64,000 nt of DNA, taken from Antedon mediterranea. Lineage: Eukaryota > Animalia > Echinodermata. The first letter of the stretch is position 1. The number at the start of each line of letters is the position of its first letter. Under the pieces are notes generated by a model. The model made no database searches. It saw nothing but the letters and a program-made list of their open reading frames with translations, and was not told the DNA's origin. Shown piece by piece: positions 26,126 to 38,200 of the stretch. The translations under genes and the position numbers were made by a program. The stretch spans positions 6,381,812-6,445,811 of the forward strand of contig NC_092675.1 in assembly GCF_964355755.1 (NCBI RefSeq), in the 5' to 3' direction.

Positions 26126-26866
26126 TTAAGTTGTTTATGGCTAGAAAAATATCCCATGATATATATTAGTAAGTTATCTTGTCGGATAAATACTATAAAT
26201 AAATGTATTTTATCTAAAAACATGACTTAGGTGTTCACTCATATTTCGGCCTGCCACACACTCACACGAACGGGTATGAGACGCTGATATTGCCAGCTAG
26301 ATTTTATTTATGATTGAGGCCTTTTTCCTTCCTCAGCCTAATCAATATTGGATAATTGTTTTATAATAATTGTATTGAATTGATATATTGATTGATTAAC
26401 CATAAATAATTAATAAATTAAATTGTTTTTAACATCATGGGGAAACGAAGATGTTAAAAAAGAACAAAATGGATTAAAAACAGGCAGATACATATTGTAT
26501 ACAAAAGCCTAACAATTAGTACTAATTATTGATGAGTTACTACTAATAATAATTAAAAAAACAGGCTTAATTTATAATATTAAAATAACAAATAAAACCC
26601 TGTAGTTTTCAATATAATGACTAATCATGGCATTTTTTTAATGATATATACATTATGACTCATTTTGCGCACCATATATTTGTAAGACCGGACCATATTT
26701 GGCGGCCAAAAACAGTCCTACTGCCCGGACCGATTTTATCCAGGCCGGACCAGTTTTGGCAGCCAAAATTGGTCCGGCCGGACACGTTTTGGCAGCCATA
26801 AATGGTCCCCCGGACTGATTTTGGCAGCCAAAACTGGTCCGCTGGACCGATTTTGGCCCGGACTGA

Positions 26867-26962
26867 CACAGTAGGTAGGTTGTCATGTCATAATACATAG
26901 GCGAACATATACAAACAACAAAACAAGTAGTAGGCCTACTGTATTAGTAGTAAGTACCAAAT
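26867..26962 (-). pseudogene. Remnant of a TRIM-type non-coding exon 1, truncated by the adjacent transposon
   Basis: cacagtagg..ttgtcatg..atac(a/g)taggcgaacata..acaaacaac matches 34968-35046; the donor-containing part is missing. Confidence 0.55.
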
Positions 26963-27283
26963 AATTAATTCCCATTCACCATTGCCATTTATAATATATG
27001 TCGCAATATTTTAGATCTTTCAACATAGGACAACGTCAGAAATGTAGTCATTGCCAATATCAAAACAAATATCAAAAAAGTCAAAATCATCAGGTAGGAT
27101 GATAATACACTTTTTTGATATTTGTGTTCGTTGTCAAAATCATCAGGTAGGATGATAATACACAACGAACACAATATCGATAGACATCCTCGAGCCCCAA
27201 AGCAACAAACAAAACACAGAAGAGAAGGTAGAAAGAAAAGGAAAAATATACCTGTCTAGGTAAAAATAACCTAATAATATATG

Positions 27284-27396
27284 TTTTTAGTTGTGTGCAA
27301 CGCGACTCTACAGCTCACTATGTCGGTCGGGCGGTTGGTTGGTCGGTCGGTGAACACTAACTTGAGCACGTGACTGCAGCCATGTATATGGCCTTG
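27284..27396 (+). mobile_element. HINE/DINE-like short element, second copy
   Basis: Homologous to 4515-4625. Confidence 0.55.
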
Positions 27397-27555
27397 TTCA
27401 AATGAATACACATAAAAACCAACCATCTCAAACTGAAGGCTCACAATGTCTGTTGGAGTGTAGTTAAACAAATAATAAAACAACAAGGTTATAGCTGGTT
27501 TTGTAACTAATTTATTTTAGCTTCAAATGGGAATTTCGTCAAATATAATTGTATA

Positions 27556-28406
27556 TGTTATGCGCGATTTGAACGATTTGCGCAATTTGAAATTGCGCAA
27601 AAAAATCCTTGCGCAATTTGAAATTGCGCAAAGGATTTTTTTGCGCAATTTCAAATTGCGCAATCAACTTGCGCAATTTCAAATTGCGCAAGAAAATCTT
27701 TGCGCAATTTTAAATTGCGCTGCACAATTTGTAAATTGCGCAAGATAGTTCTTGCGCAATATGACACCTTTGCGCAATTTGAAAACGAACTGTAAATTTT
27801 CAAATTGCGCAACAAAATTCTACCAGACAATCGGTATTATAATAATTTATTGGAAACTAAATAACTCAAAATAAAACATAATAAATGCGAAGATAACATG
27901 TGTATAATAAATACATAACATTTATTATTACAATTAAATAATATTATCACTGTAACTTGAAATAAATCAAAATAAATGTAAAAATTAAGTTTTTAATATT
28001 AGTTTAAGCTAGGCCATGTAACCTAGTCAGTATCAGTAGTCCAGACCCTAGCTAGGCTAGAGTAGTATAGCCGGCCGCCCGCGCCGCGCCCGCCTGGTGG
28101 AACACCACCGCTTCGTTTTCCTTCGTCGGTTCTTCGACGGTATGCTAACTTATAACAATATTTGCACTACTAAAATAAGGAAATGCGATATTTATCTTTA
28201 ATTTTGAATCATTCTTAGAAATTACTATAAAAATATGGGTGTGCATGATTTCACAATCTGTCGAAAAACCTTGCGCAATTTGCAGATTACTTGCGCAATT
28301 TAATACGTTGCTTGCGCAATTTGAAACACATGTTTCAATTCAAATTGCGCAAGGATTTTTTTTGCGCAATTTCAAATTGCGCAAATCGTTCAAATCGCGC
28401 ATAACA
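27556..28406. mobile_element. MITE with TGTTA...TAACA termini and TTGCGCAA palindromic subterminal repeats
   Basis: Near-perfect TIR TGTTATGCGCGATTTGAACGATTTGCGCAATTTGAAATTGCGCAA. Confidence 0.85.
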
Positions 28407-29719
28407 TAGTTTTATTTATTTTTTATTTATTTATAACTAATTTACTACATCTAAGTAATTACAATTTCATTACTGCTTTTGGTATGAATATTTGGATGTT
28501 ATAACTTGTTTAAAATGTAATTTATTTAAATTTTCATTTTTTGATGATGTATTATTCTATTTATAAAAAACAAATTCTTAAAAGTATGTCTAACATAATT
28601 TTTAATGCTACAGTGAGAATACTGACAGTAATATACAGTAATCTCTGTGGCTGTAGAAAATTAAGCTGCTTTAAAATAGTTCATTGGAAGATTATCTAAC
28701 TTACGGTACACAGCAATGCCAATATAAGATTCAACATAAAGCATTCAAATTAATGATCTAAGCTTATACAATACTATACAATAACAACAATAACACATTT
28801 TATATCAAAGTGCAAAATTAAAGCAAAAGAAAAAAATGAAGTTATATGAAATAATTTGCTATTTAATTAATTAAATGCTATTATTAATACATACTTAATG
28901 TTAGAACTAATAGAAGCACATCAAAATATTTACAATTTAAAAAGAAATATGAGAGAATAAAACAGTTGTTAAAACTTAGGAAAAACACTGAATGTAAATA
29001 AGTTTTCTCCAACTTTGGTAGTAAACATTACGGTAAATTACTGGAACTAAAGTAATTGAACCAAAAGGACGCAAGTTCACAAAGAAAACACATTTTAAAT
29101 AACTGAGAGATTTAATGATAAACATATTTTTGTTTAACTTCAACCATCTGTAATGGAACTAAGGTTTTATAAATGAAAAGAAAATTGACACATGGTAGTT
29201 TATTAATGACTTAAACCTACTCATTGCCAAATAAAACAGTTATTACATTTAAATTTTACATCTATTTTAGAATTTATAAACTAGGCTACTTTTCTTGTTG
29301 TTGAAAAGAAAATGTAATATGTATGATAAAAATATCTTAATTGGACTACATTTTTACATAATGTAAAAATATAAATTTTATTTTTGTTTTATTTTATTCA
29401 GTCAAAACCAACAGCGATAAATACCGCCACTAACAGGTTTGAAACATAAAACAATACAACATCAAAAACGGTTAACAATAAAATACAGATAAATTATTAG
29501 GGCGACTTTTTCTCATTCTCACAGATTTCCTCATCTTTATCGTTTCAAATTAATTAATTAAATTTCAGTATATCACCAGGCGGTTTAGAATTAATGTTCT
29601 TTGCCTCTTGTGTTTATATATAAAAGTATCTCTTCGGAGATCCCGCCTCGTGAATAATGTTCTCTTGTGTTTATATATATATATATATAAAAACATAGAT
29701 CAGCATGCCATAAACAATT

Positions 29720-30395
29720 TCAATTTAAAATGTAAATTAATCAAACAGGTCATGCAGGCTGTTAAAGAAGTGAACACATAATCTTCCTCTTAAAATAACC
29801 AAGCCTGTCATTAAAAATATCAATATGATTGCTAAAAAAAAAAAATTCCCCTCTTAGTACAGTCGACACGGCTAAAAGGAATAAGCAATAAATGTCTATT
29901 TCGTGTAAGACCAGGGATATTTAAACTAAATAGTGAAATTAATGAACAGTCATATTTAGAATTTAAAATATTATATAAAAAAACCATATCAGATATTGTT
30001 TGACGATTGCTGACAGAATCAATGGAAAAGGCAAAATTAACACAGTTATAAGACAGGAATCGTACAAATTTCCATTGAACAGTGTCGATTCGACGGGTCT
30101 GACATGGAGAAATTGAATTGAAAATTACGGAACAATATTCAAGGTGAGGACGTATAATAGATTTGTATAAATATAAAAGTGCCCTGCCGTCATTCATAAG
30201 CCTACAATTTCTCCATATCAAGCCCATCATTCTATTAGCTGATTAATATGTGAACAAAAATTTAATTTACTATCTATAAAAATACCTAAATCTTTCTGTA
30301 CATAAACCAAGATCATGTCCATTCAAATTATAATTGAAGAGCACGGGCCTTTTTTTAAGTGTTATAGATAAATATTTGCATTTATTAGCATTAGG
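29720..30395 (-). mobile_element. Degenerate LINE ORF2 3' fragment (CR1/Jockey-like RT C-terminus)
   Basis: LYKSIIRPHLEYCSVIF motif; frameshifts and stops around it. Confidence 0.8.
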
Positions 30396-30537
30396 AAAAT
30401 TGGGGCAAATTTTATGTACTAACAACCAGAAATTGGCAACACCTTGATCTTAAAATGATTTTTTTTTAGTTTAAAATCTAGTTCATTTATGAATATGGGA
30501 AAATGGTACTGTACTGTATTGATTAACAAGTTGTGCT

Positions 30538-31863
30538 TTAATTTAATGGAGTGGATTTAATAGTACCAATAGAATGGCTAATTGCAGTGAGATTTCCACT
30601 GAAGCTAAATAACACTGCTGAACTATTAGCAACAGGAGCTTGAGCAGGGATAGGTTGAGCATTAGTACCTTGAGCATAATATAAACGTTGAGCATTATAA
30701 GCTTGAGCAATATATGCTTGAGCATGAGGATCTGGAGCAGGAATATGTTGAGCATTATAAGCTTGAGAAAAAATATTAGTAGAAGGAATATAAGGAGAAG
30801 GAGGAAGAAAAGGAGAAGGAGGAATAATAGGAGGAGGAAGAGCTGAAAACATTCCATTATTACATTTATTATGGACAGCCTCTTCAATTTCAATCACAAT
30901 CATTTTGTTAGCCTCATCCAAGATTTTACTTGCATCAAATAAGGCTGCACTAGGTTGAGGTGCTTTGACTAATGTGTCAATGAACAATGATGTATTCTGC
31001 AGTTGCTTTATTTTCTCTTCTTTAACTTTTTTTTCTTTCTGTCGCTCATCTAAACATTTTTTAGTTTGTCTGTCCAGATCATTCAGCAATGCCTTTTCAG
31101 CCTTATCAATATTTTGACGGAGAATCTGAGCATACCTTTTCACTTCTTTTGCACATACATCTATTGATGTCTTCTGTTTCTCTGTATCACTATTATGCTG
31201 TTTCAATTCAGCCTTCATTTCCTTCTCTTTAGTGTTACAATCATTCAGGGTTTTATTAGCTTCATCTTTAAATCTTTGAAAAGCTGCATCAAGTTCTTGT
31301 AAATCATGTCCCTTATGAGAAACAACGGTGCATTTCATACAAACAGGTTGGTTGCAGGTGCTACAATAAAATGCAACAGCATCACTTAAGTGTTTTGGAC
31401 ACATAACTGGCTTTGCTGCAGTACGTTCTGTCGCATCCATGGCCATATACTTGTCTAATGACATCACGGTATGATCTCGACAAGGAGGAATTTTGCAGTG
31501 ATTTTCGCCACACTGCTTACAAAGAAATGTAGAACACTCCATACAGTGTGCAGTAGCTGTTTTATTACACATAACACAACTTTTTGCACTTGCTACATTT
31601 TCTTTCGTTTCTTTAGTGTACTCAAGTAGTTGGTTGATGAAATAACTTGATGGTAGGCCACCCACACCATTACTTGGAACCTGGAACTGTTGACGGCACA
31701 TCGGACATGACAGTTTACCACCACTTTTCTTTACCCAAGTTTGAATGCACTTCAAGCAAAATGAATGCTGACAGCCAAGGGTTTTAGGATTTTGAAATAC
31801 CTCATGGCATATGGAACACAGGAGAACTTTTTCGTTGATATCATCGATTATTTTAGCAGCCAT
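30538..31863 (-). CDS. TRIM56-like RING/B-box/coiled-coil E3 ligase, paralogue C (441 aa)
   Basis: Intact RBCC closely similar to paralogue B; Pro/Ala/Gln-rich tail; acceptor TTTCTTGTATAG at 31892 in the 5'UTR. Confidence 0.95.
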   Translation of the reverse strand: MAAKIIDDINEKVLLCSICHEVFQNPKTLGCQHSFCLKCIQTWVKKSGGKLSCPMCRQQFQVPSNGVGGLPSSYFINQLLEYTKETKENVASAKSCVMCNKTATAHCMECSTFLCKQCGENHCKIPPCRDHTVMSLDKYMAMDATERTAAKPVMCPKHLSDAVAFYCSTCNQPVCMKCTVVSHKGHDLQELDAAFQRFKDEANKTLNDCNTKEKEMKAELKQHNSDTEKQKTSIDVCAKEVKRYAQILRQNIDKAEKALLNDLDRQTKKCLDERQKEKKVKEEKIKQLQNTSLFIDTLVKAPQPSAALFDASKILDEANKMIVIEIEEAVHNKCNNGMFSALPPPIIPPSPFLPPSPYIPSTNIFSQAYNAQHIPAPDPHAQAYIAQAYNAQRLYYAQGTNAQPIPAQAPVANSSAVLFSFSGNLTAISHSIGTIKSTPLN

Positions 31864-32335
31864 TGTTGTCTTTCTGTGTCTTCTTTAACTACTATACAAG
31901 AAAGGAACAACAACAAATTAGTTAATTATTAGTTTTAGGAAGCAGCTTATTGGAAGAAATGCTAGCAGTGATGGCACCAATGGCTGGGGGCCATCAAGAG
32001 GGTCCAAGGGAGGAGCCAGCCACATCACAGAGGGTTGGGTCAGGGGTGCGAAGATAATAATTTTTGGATTACTCATCTATGACAAACAAAAATCTACTGA
32101 ACCTTATAGAGCTGCTAGGTTCCCGAAAATTGAATTAGTCGAAATATAATAAATGCGAGATTGACCTCAGCCCCACCTTCCATCGTTGGGGCTAAGAAAA
32201 TTAAAAATAGAGCTGCTTATTTTGAAATGTCTACAATTGGGAAGGAAAATAGGCCTGGCACCACCACTGATGCGTAGTAGAAGTACTAGCTCAGATTAAA
32301 CAGGACCTTAATAAATAATTAACTGCATCCTCAAT

Positions 32336-34677
32336 GGTGTCAGATGAAATCGGTCGCGCTTGAAATTGGTCGCGATAAAATCAACATTCGGCATTTTGTA
32401 TGGAGCGCCGCTAGATACGCTTTTATCATATTAGTTATGTTTGATATTGGTCGCGCTAATTTGTATAGGACGCACTAGATACATTTTTAATGAAAACGCT
32501 AATTTGTTTTTAGTTAATTTTAAATATAGAATTTCTAATATTACTATTAACATTTTTTTACCTCCATCTTTATTATTTTTTAAGTACAGTAAATAAAAAT
32601 ATTTATCTCATTATTTATAAATAATTTGTGTTTTCATTTTATTTTACAGGTGTCAATGAATAATTGTAATGTGTTTGTTTAGAAAATCGTTTTAAAAATG
32701 TTTTATTGAATATTGTTTAAGTTTTTGAAAAGATTGGCATTTTGAAAATGTTGAAATAATTTAATAGTTAAACAAGTAACGCGCCTATTGCATATTTTTT
32801 AATCACAGTTAATTACGAAACTCGTTCTATACCTGCAAGTGAATACCAGCTCAATGAGGTTTATGCAATAAAGGAAGATGATGCATAACGATGATTTTTA
32901 CGATATCCGCCACTCTGACGTGAGCATGGTTTTATGATAATAATAATAAAATATATAGATAATATGCAGTTATAAATCAATCTACCGGGCCTATACAGTA
33001 GGACTATGATGTACAATGATAGATGTGAGAATAATAATTGATGGATAATAAAAGCGGACACGATTCTCAAAGAGGTAATCTTGCACTGATATTTAAAGAT
33101 GTATTGTCCCTTTGACTAATTCCCCCAAATTTTTTTTTAAATATTTCGAAAAAAAGTGGGTCATTTTTAAGTATCATAATAGTTATTAACTTTCACCAAA
33201 AATTAGTTGGAAAAAAAATCATTTAACTGAAATACAGACGTTTTTTTATTCTAAAAATAACTTTGACATCCAGTCAAAGTTTTCGATCAAAACATATTTC
33301 ATAATGCAACGTGTTTGTTTGGCTACTCTGTATGCATAATCATAAAACTTCCTCGCGATCTGTGTGAAAACACCTTCTCAACCGTGACGAGTTGTAAACA
33401 ATCCTAATTAGCATCATGCATAATGCATACTCATGGTTTGAAATCTTTGTTTACTTTCGCTCGCAGCAATTTTCCAAAGGAAATGTAATCAAATTAATTT
33501 ACCTGTTAATTTAAGATAAACTTGTTGTTTTTGGCTTGAATTTTCGACCTAAAGTGAATAACTTTAATATTACTTTGATATAATTATATCCAATTAAAAT
33601 ATAGAATATTTTGACCTTCATTTTTTTGTGTTTCAAGGGACAATATATCTTTAAACATTTAGATTTACGAACGGCGTATGGATGTGAGACACTGAGTTGG
33701 ACTCAATTATTTACATTAAATGATTATTATAAATGAAGAAATAAAGATATTCAAATTAAAAACTATAGTATCGCCGACGTATACGTAATGTATATACATC
33801 GTTTCAGGAGACCTGTCATAGATGTTTCAAACGTATGGTTATTAGTAATAATACATGGCCATGGACAACGATCATACGCGTTTTGTCCTTGATTTTGACA
33901 CACCTAGTGCGTGTTTTTTTTAACGGCTGCACGATCAGGGTGCATCTCTGATATGGCTTATGGGGTTTATTTCAGTAACTCGCCTTTTAACGATCCGCAT
34001 ATAATAATCAGTTTTACTAGTTTAAACATTAGAAATAAAAATATACACATGATTTGCCTCAACAATAATCATTATATACTTAATATTATCCTACATAACG
34101 TACGGACATAAATAAAACAGAAATAAAAATAAGGTGATCGAATAGTAAGTTAACGACATGGATATGATATAATCTGCCACAGTATGCATAAGTATAAAAA
34201 TGGATATGGATGGCTTTATGGGCTATACATTGTAACAATTATTGTTTTCAAATAAATTAAATTCTCTTTTACGTAATTGTTTGCATAATAAAAGACACAG
34301 ACCTATATTCTCTATATAATATATTAATTACAGTACCGTACATAATAAAATAGATGTAAATTATTATGTGCCTAATATAATATTTTAAACATATAAAAAA
34401 AGTAATGAAAGGATAATAAATATATTTATTAACCAAATAAAAAATATCCACATAAATAATCTAGTTTCTAAAAAATATCAATTAAATCTATATTATAAAC
34501 GAAGAAAATGTATATCCCGCTAGCATGCATCTCACTCCATACAAAATAGCACGACCGATTTCAAACGCGACAGATATCATAAAAAATGTATAGCTCTAGC
34601 GGCGCGCCATACAAAATACCGGAAGTTGATTTTATCGCGACCGATTTCAGAGATGCGACCAATTTCATCATAAACCT
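32336..34677. mobile_element. Non-autonomous TIR element (~85-bp TIR with GGTCGCG motifs) in TRIM C intron 1
   Basis: gatgaaatcggtcgc..gcgataaaatcaac..ttttgtatgg..cgccgctaga mirrored at 34596-34672. Confidence 0.75.
33093..33654. mobile_element. TTAA-flanked MITE (Kolobok-like), nested
   Basis: ttaaagatgtattgtccc ... gggacaatatatctttaa; second copy at 54849-55113. Confidence 0.75.
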
Positions 34678-34936
34678 CCTAAATATACATAATAATACTA
34701 ATAGTGGTCAACCGTGCACGATTGATCTCTAGCTTTCTGTGCACAGAAATGTGCAAGGGAAGTCTTGAATCAATCAGGATTAATTTATTGAAAAAAAAAA
34801 TGTTTGCGCTAGACTACTGGCCTAAAGACTAGTAAGTATACTATAGCGTAAGCCTTCTAAACACCTAAACTAGCTTGGGCCTACTGTACTCGTTAGATAG
34901 AGAGAGGTGGGCTAGGTATTATTAGTAAAGACTCAC

Positions 34937-35140
34937 TCAGAGATCAGGTTTTTAGAGTGCGCCTTAGCACAGTAGGTTGTCATGTAATTTAAAACAATAC
35001 GTAGGCGAACATAATACAAACAACAAGTAGTATTAGTAATTACCAAAAAAATAACCAAGAAAAGCCTATATTTTTGTTTTAATTCACTTTAAAAAAATGC
35101 CTGACCGGCGCATCACAAAAATGGTAAGCTGGAAAATCCC
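34937..35140 (-). other. Probable first exon/promoter of TRIM paralogue C (contains uATG at 34983)
   Basis: Strong donor GA|GTGAGT at 34936; homologous remnant at 26867; kB-like site 35131-35140. Confidence 0.5.
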
Positions 35141-35256
35141 AACCCACCACCGCCCTCTATAATTCAGTTACCTAAAAACTTTTTTTTAATCCACCATGAT
35201 GGTGGGATCAACATTGTCATTGTGCGACAGTTTTTTATAATTACAAATTCAGAAAA

Positions 35257-38200
35257 ATGCCACGATTTTTATCATTAGACTATTTATCTGAGGTAGTTGG
35301 GCCTAACTATTTGAAATGGGGGAAGTAGATCTCCTACTAGGCCTAGGCTAGACTATATAGATAGGGCCTAGCCTAAGTATACATTTTAGGCCTACTACTA
35401 GGCCTACTAGCCTGGCATATAGGCTAGGCCTAGATGCCTAGGCTAGTCTTGGTAGTCTAGCCGGCGTAGGCTAGTGTACATAATCAGCAATCTAATTTAG
35501 GCCTAACTGAAAGTCTACTACTAGGCCTACTAGGCCTAGTACTGTTATGCACAATTTAACATTACTACTGTAGTATATTCTTTACTCCATGAGTATACTA
35601 TACTAGCCGAGGCCCCAGGTACGTTTATTTATTCGATTCTAATAAATATCGGTAATACTAATCGCATCGCATTCTCTCTTGCATTTAAAACATTTGTGGT
35701 ACTTTTGTAGGTTCAGAATCTTAAGCATTCTGTTCTCAGTCGGTGTTTGATAACATTTCACGCAAGACTGGGATGTAATGATGCATACTCTCACGATGGG
35801 ACACTGGATGACTATGCTTATAGAACACCTTGGCGAAAGGGTAATTCTTTGTTTGTTTTTGATACATACTCCAATTATATAGTTTAAAGTATTATTTTGT
35901 TTTTATAAGAAATTGGTTTTAGAGGTACATTAAATGTTAAAAATTGAATAAATAAATATTTCTTGATAATTTAGCATATATTAATTTATCTAGGCCTAGG
36001 CTAGGCCCAGTATTAAATAATTTGACAATAAACTTAGATATCACATTTTTAAAGTAAACACAAATTGAAAATATTTCAAGGTAAACAAAACAGAGATCAT
36101 TACCAAAATAACAAAAAACAACCTTATTCTAGCAATTATTTTATATCGGACTATATTTTTAATTTATCATATGTGTATTATGTGGTAAATTATAACAGAC
36201 AATATATTTGTTGCATTTTAACTTCATAGCTACTTTGATAGACAATAATGGTACTGAATTAGCTGAACAAATCAAGTCACTGAACAAGAAAAATACTGCT
36301 ACTGTTGAAACTATCACATTGAGGTTTGTAACAGCAGTTTTTAGGGTTTAAAATAGGTGATGCTGATAGAGGTATCAAAGCCATTATGTTACACTACCGT
36401 AAATCTTCTAATAGCAACCCACACTCTAATAGTGACCCCCCTTCTAATAGTAACCCACCTTATAAGTCAATCTATAATAATAACCCACTACTCTAATAGT
36501 CCCCATGGGGTTACTATTAGAGTCACAAAAACTTATGATGCAGCCATATTCTGAAAATAAGGAGATAATGCATGTTGATCTGGGGAATGGGGAGGATTGA
36601 GTGGTTTTGAGTTAGAGTTCAACCAAATTGGTTTATTCGTACTGTTTGATTATTTTGCTATGAGTTGCTGACCAGAAAAGTTGGGGGTGGGTTACTATTT
36701 TCAGGTGCCTAATTTAAGATTAGTAATAGTAACCCACTACTCTAATAGTAAACCCCCTTCTAATAGTAACCCACCCTAAAAACAATCAAAGAATAATAAC
36801 CCAGGGTTACAATAAAGATTTACGGTAACCGTATATTAATATATTAATGTTCTGGTAATTTTATTTCATATGAGTCACTTGCCAATTACAGGATTGATAA
36901 ACTATTTTATAATTTATTGTGCTTATAAACTAAGTCTCATTTGAGGCTTGGGGAATGGAGTTGTGAGTTTAACAACTCTGGCACAGATCAGGATTGAACC
37001 CTAGATCCTGGGATTGGAAGGCAAGCATATTAACAACCAAGCTACAACTTCACTAATAAAATCCACTAATAAACAGTATCATAACTTGATTTAATATTAA
37101 TAATCTTAAAACTAATTGTGTTATCCTGTCTCTTCGGATATTTATTAGAGAATGTGATGATGTTGATGAACCCAACCCTGAGGTTGTTCCTAGTTCTAAC
37201 CCAGACTCTCCACCAGTCTCCAATGATGATGTTTTACATATAAAAGAAACTATCAAGGAAAAAGAAACAGAGAAACATCAAAGGATCAAAACAAATATAG
37301 GTAGGAATTGGTATATATGCATAATATGCTGTTTAAACTATAATGCTGATACAACATTTTTAAATGTTCCTACTTTTATGTTCCCATTTGATTTTTTTTA
37401 CTTTACTTTTTTAATGCTAAATATTTACATATACTGTATACAGTATATAATATATGTCTTTATCATCTTTTTTTTTGGTCTTTTTATTTTTACTTTTTTG
37501 TTTTTGTATTGTTCCCTGTTGTTTAAATGTTGAGGGCTACATGCATGTCAGCCTCGGCTGTTTTGACAATCGTTATACAAAGTTTAATAAAAAAAAAACC
37601 TCTCATATTACTATCTTGCCAATTAAAGATTGAAAACTAAACCCATGCAAATAAGAACTAGTAAGGTTAGGCCTTTCCCAGAAGATGGTTGCAACATTCT
37701 CAACCATACTTTATTTCCATTTGAAAACACCGCAAACCAACTTTATAACTAAAGCCATGCTGTTAGCAGATAACCCTAGTTGCAATTTACGTAATTATTA
37801 TTATTTCAAAATAAGATCTGGCTACACTATCAAATTAGTTTGACCAAAAAAAGTGTGATGTGCCCAAATATGGTAGTGATATGCCCAAATTTGTTAGTGA
37901 TATGACATCATCATATCCATATATGGGCACATTACATTGTTTTGTTACATAAAGTTTGATAGGTATACAGAGCTTTACAAGAATTATTGTTGACTTGATA
38001 TTTAGACCAGCAGTTGTCTTTGGAAACTCCAGTGCTGTGTGCTTTGAAAAAGTCACTACCTAAAACAGAGCATCTTTTACGGCATTTAACAGCTACCATT
38101 GTCCAGGATCCATTCACACAAGAGGATGGCAAAGCTATTACAGAGCAAAGCATATTAAGGCAAGTTTTCCATGGCAACATTCTAGATTTGTTAAACATTT

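Larger units (their letters stand above)
22081..26868. mobile_element. TGTCA...TGACA element (Ginger-like termini) with GGACC..TTTTGGC subterminal repeats; host of nested insertions
   Basis: Inverted subterminal repeats at 22095-22185 and 26685-26862; flanks (GGCC / CAGT) do not form a TSD. Confidence 0.6.

Noticed and set aside
26653-27748. Short ORFs with AAKTGP or LRNFKLR repeats
   Set aside because: Translations of MITE subterminal repeats.
30543-30893. Leu-rich alternative-frame ORF in the TRIM C tail
   Set aside because: Shadow of low-complexity codons; the conserved SIGTI motif is in the main frame.
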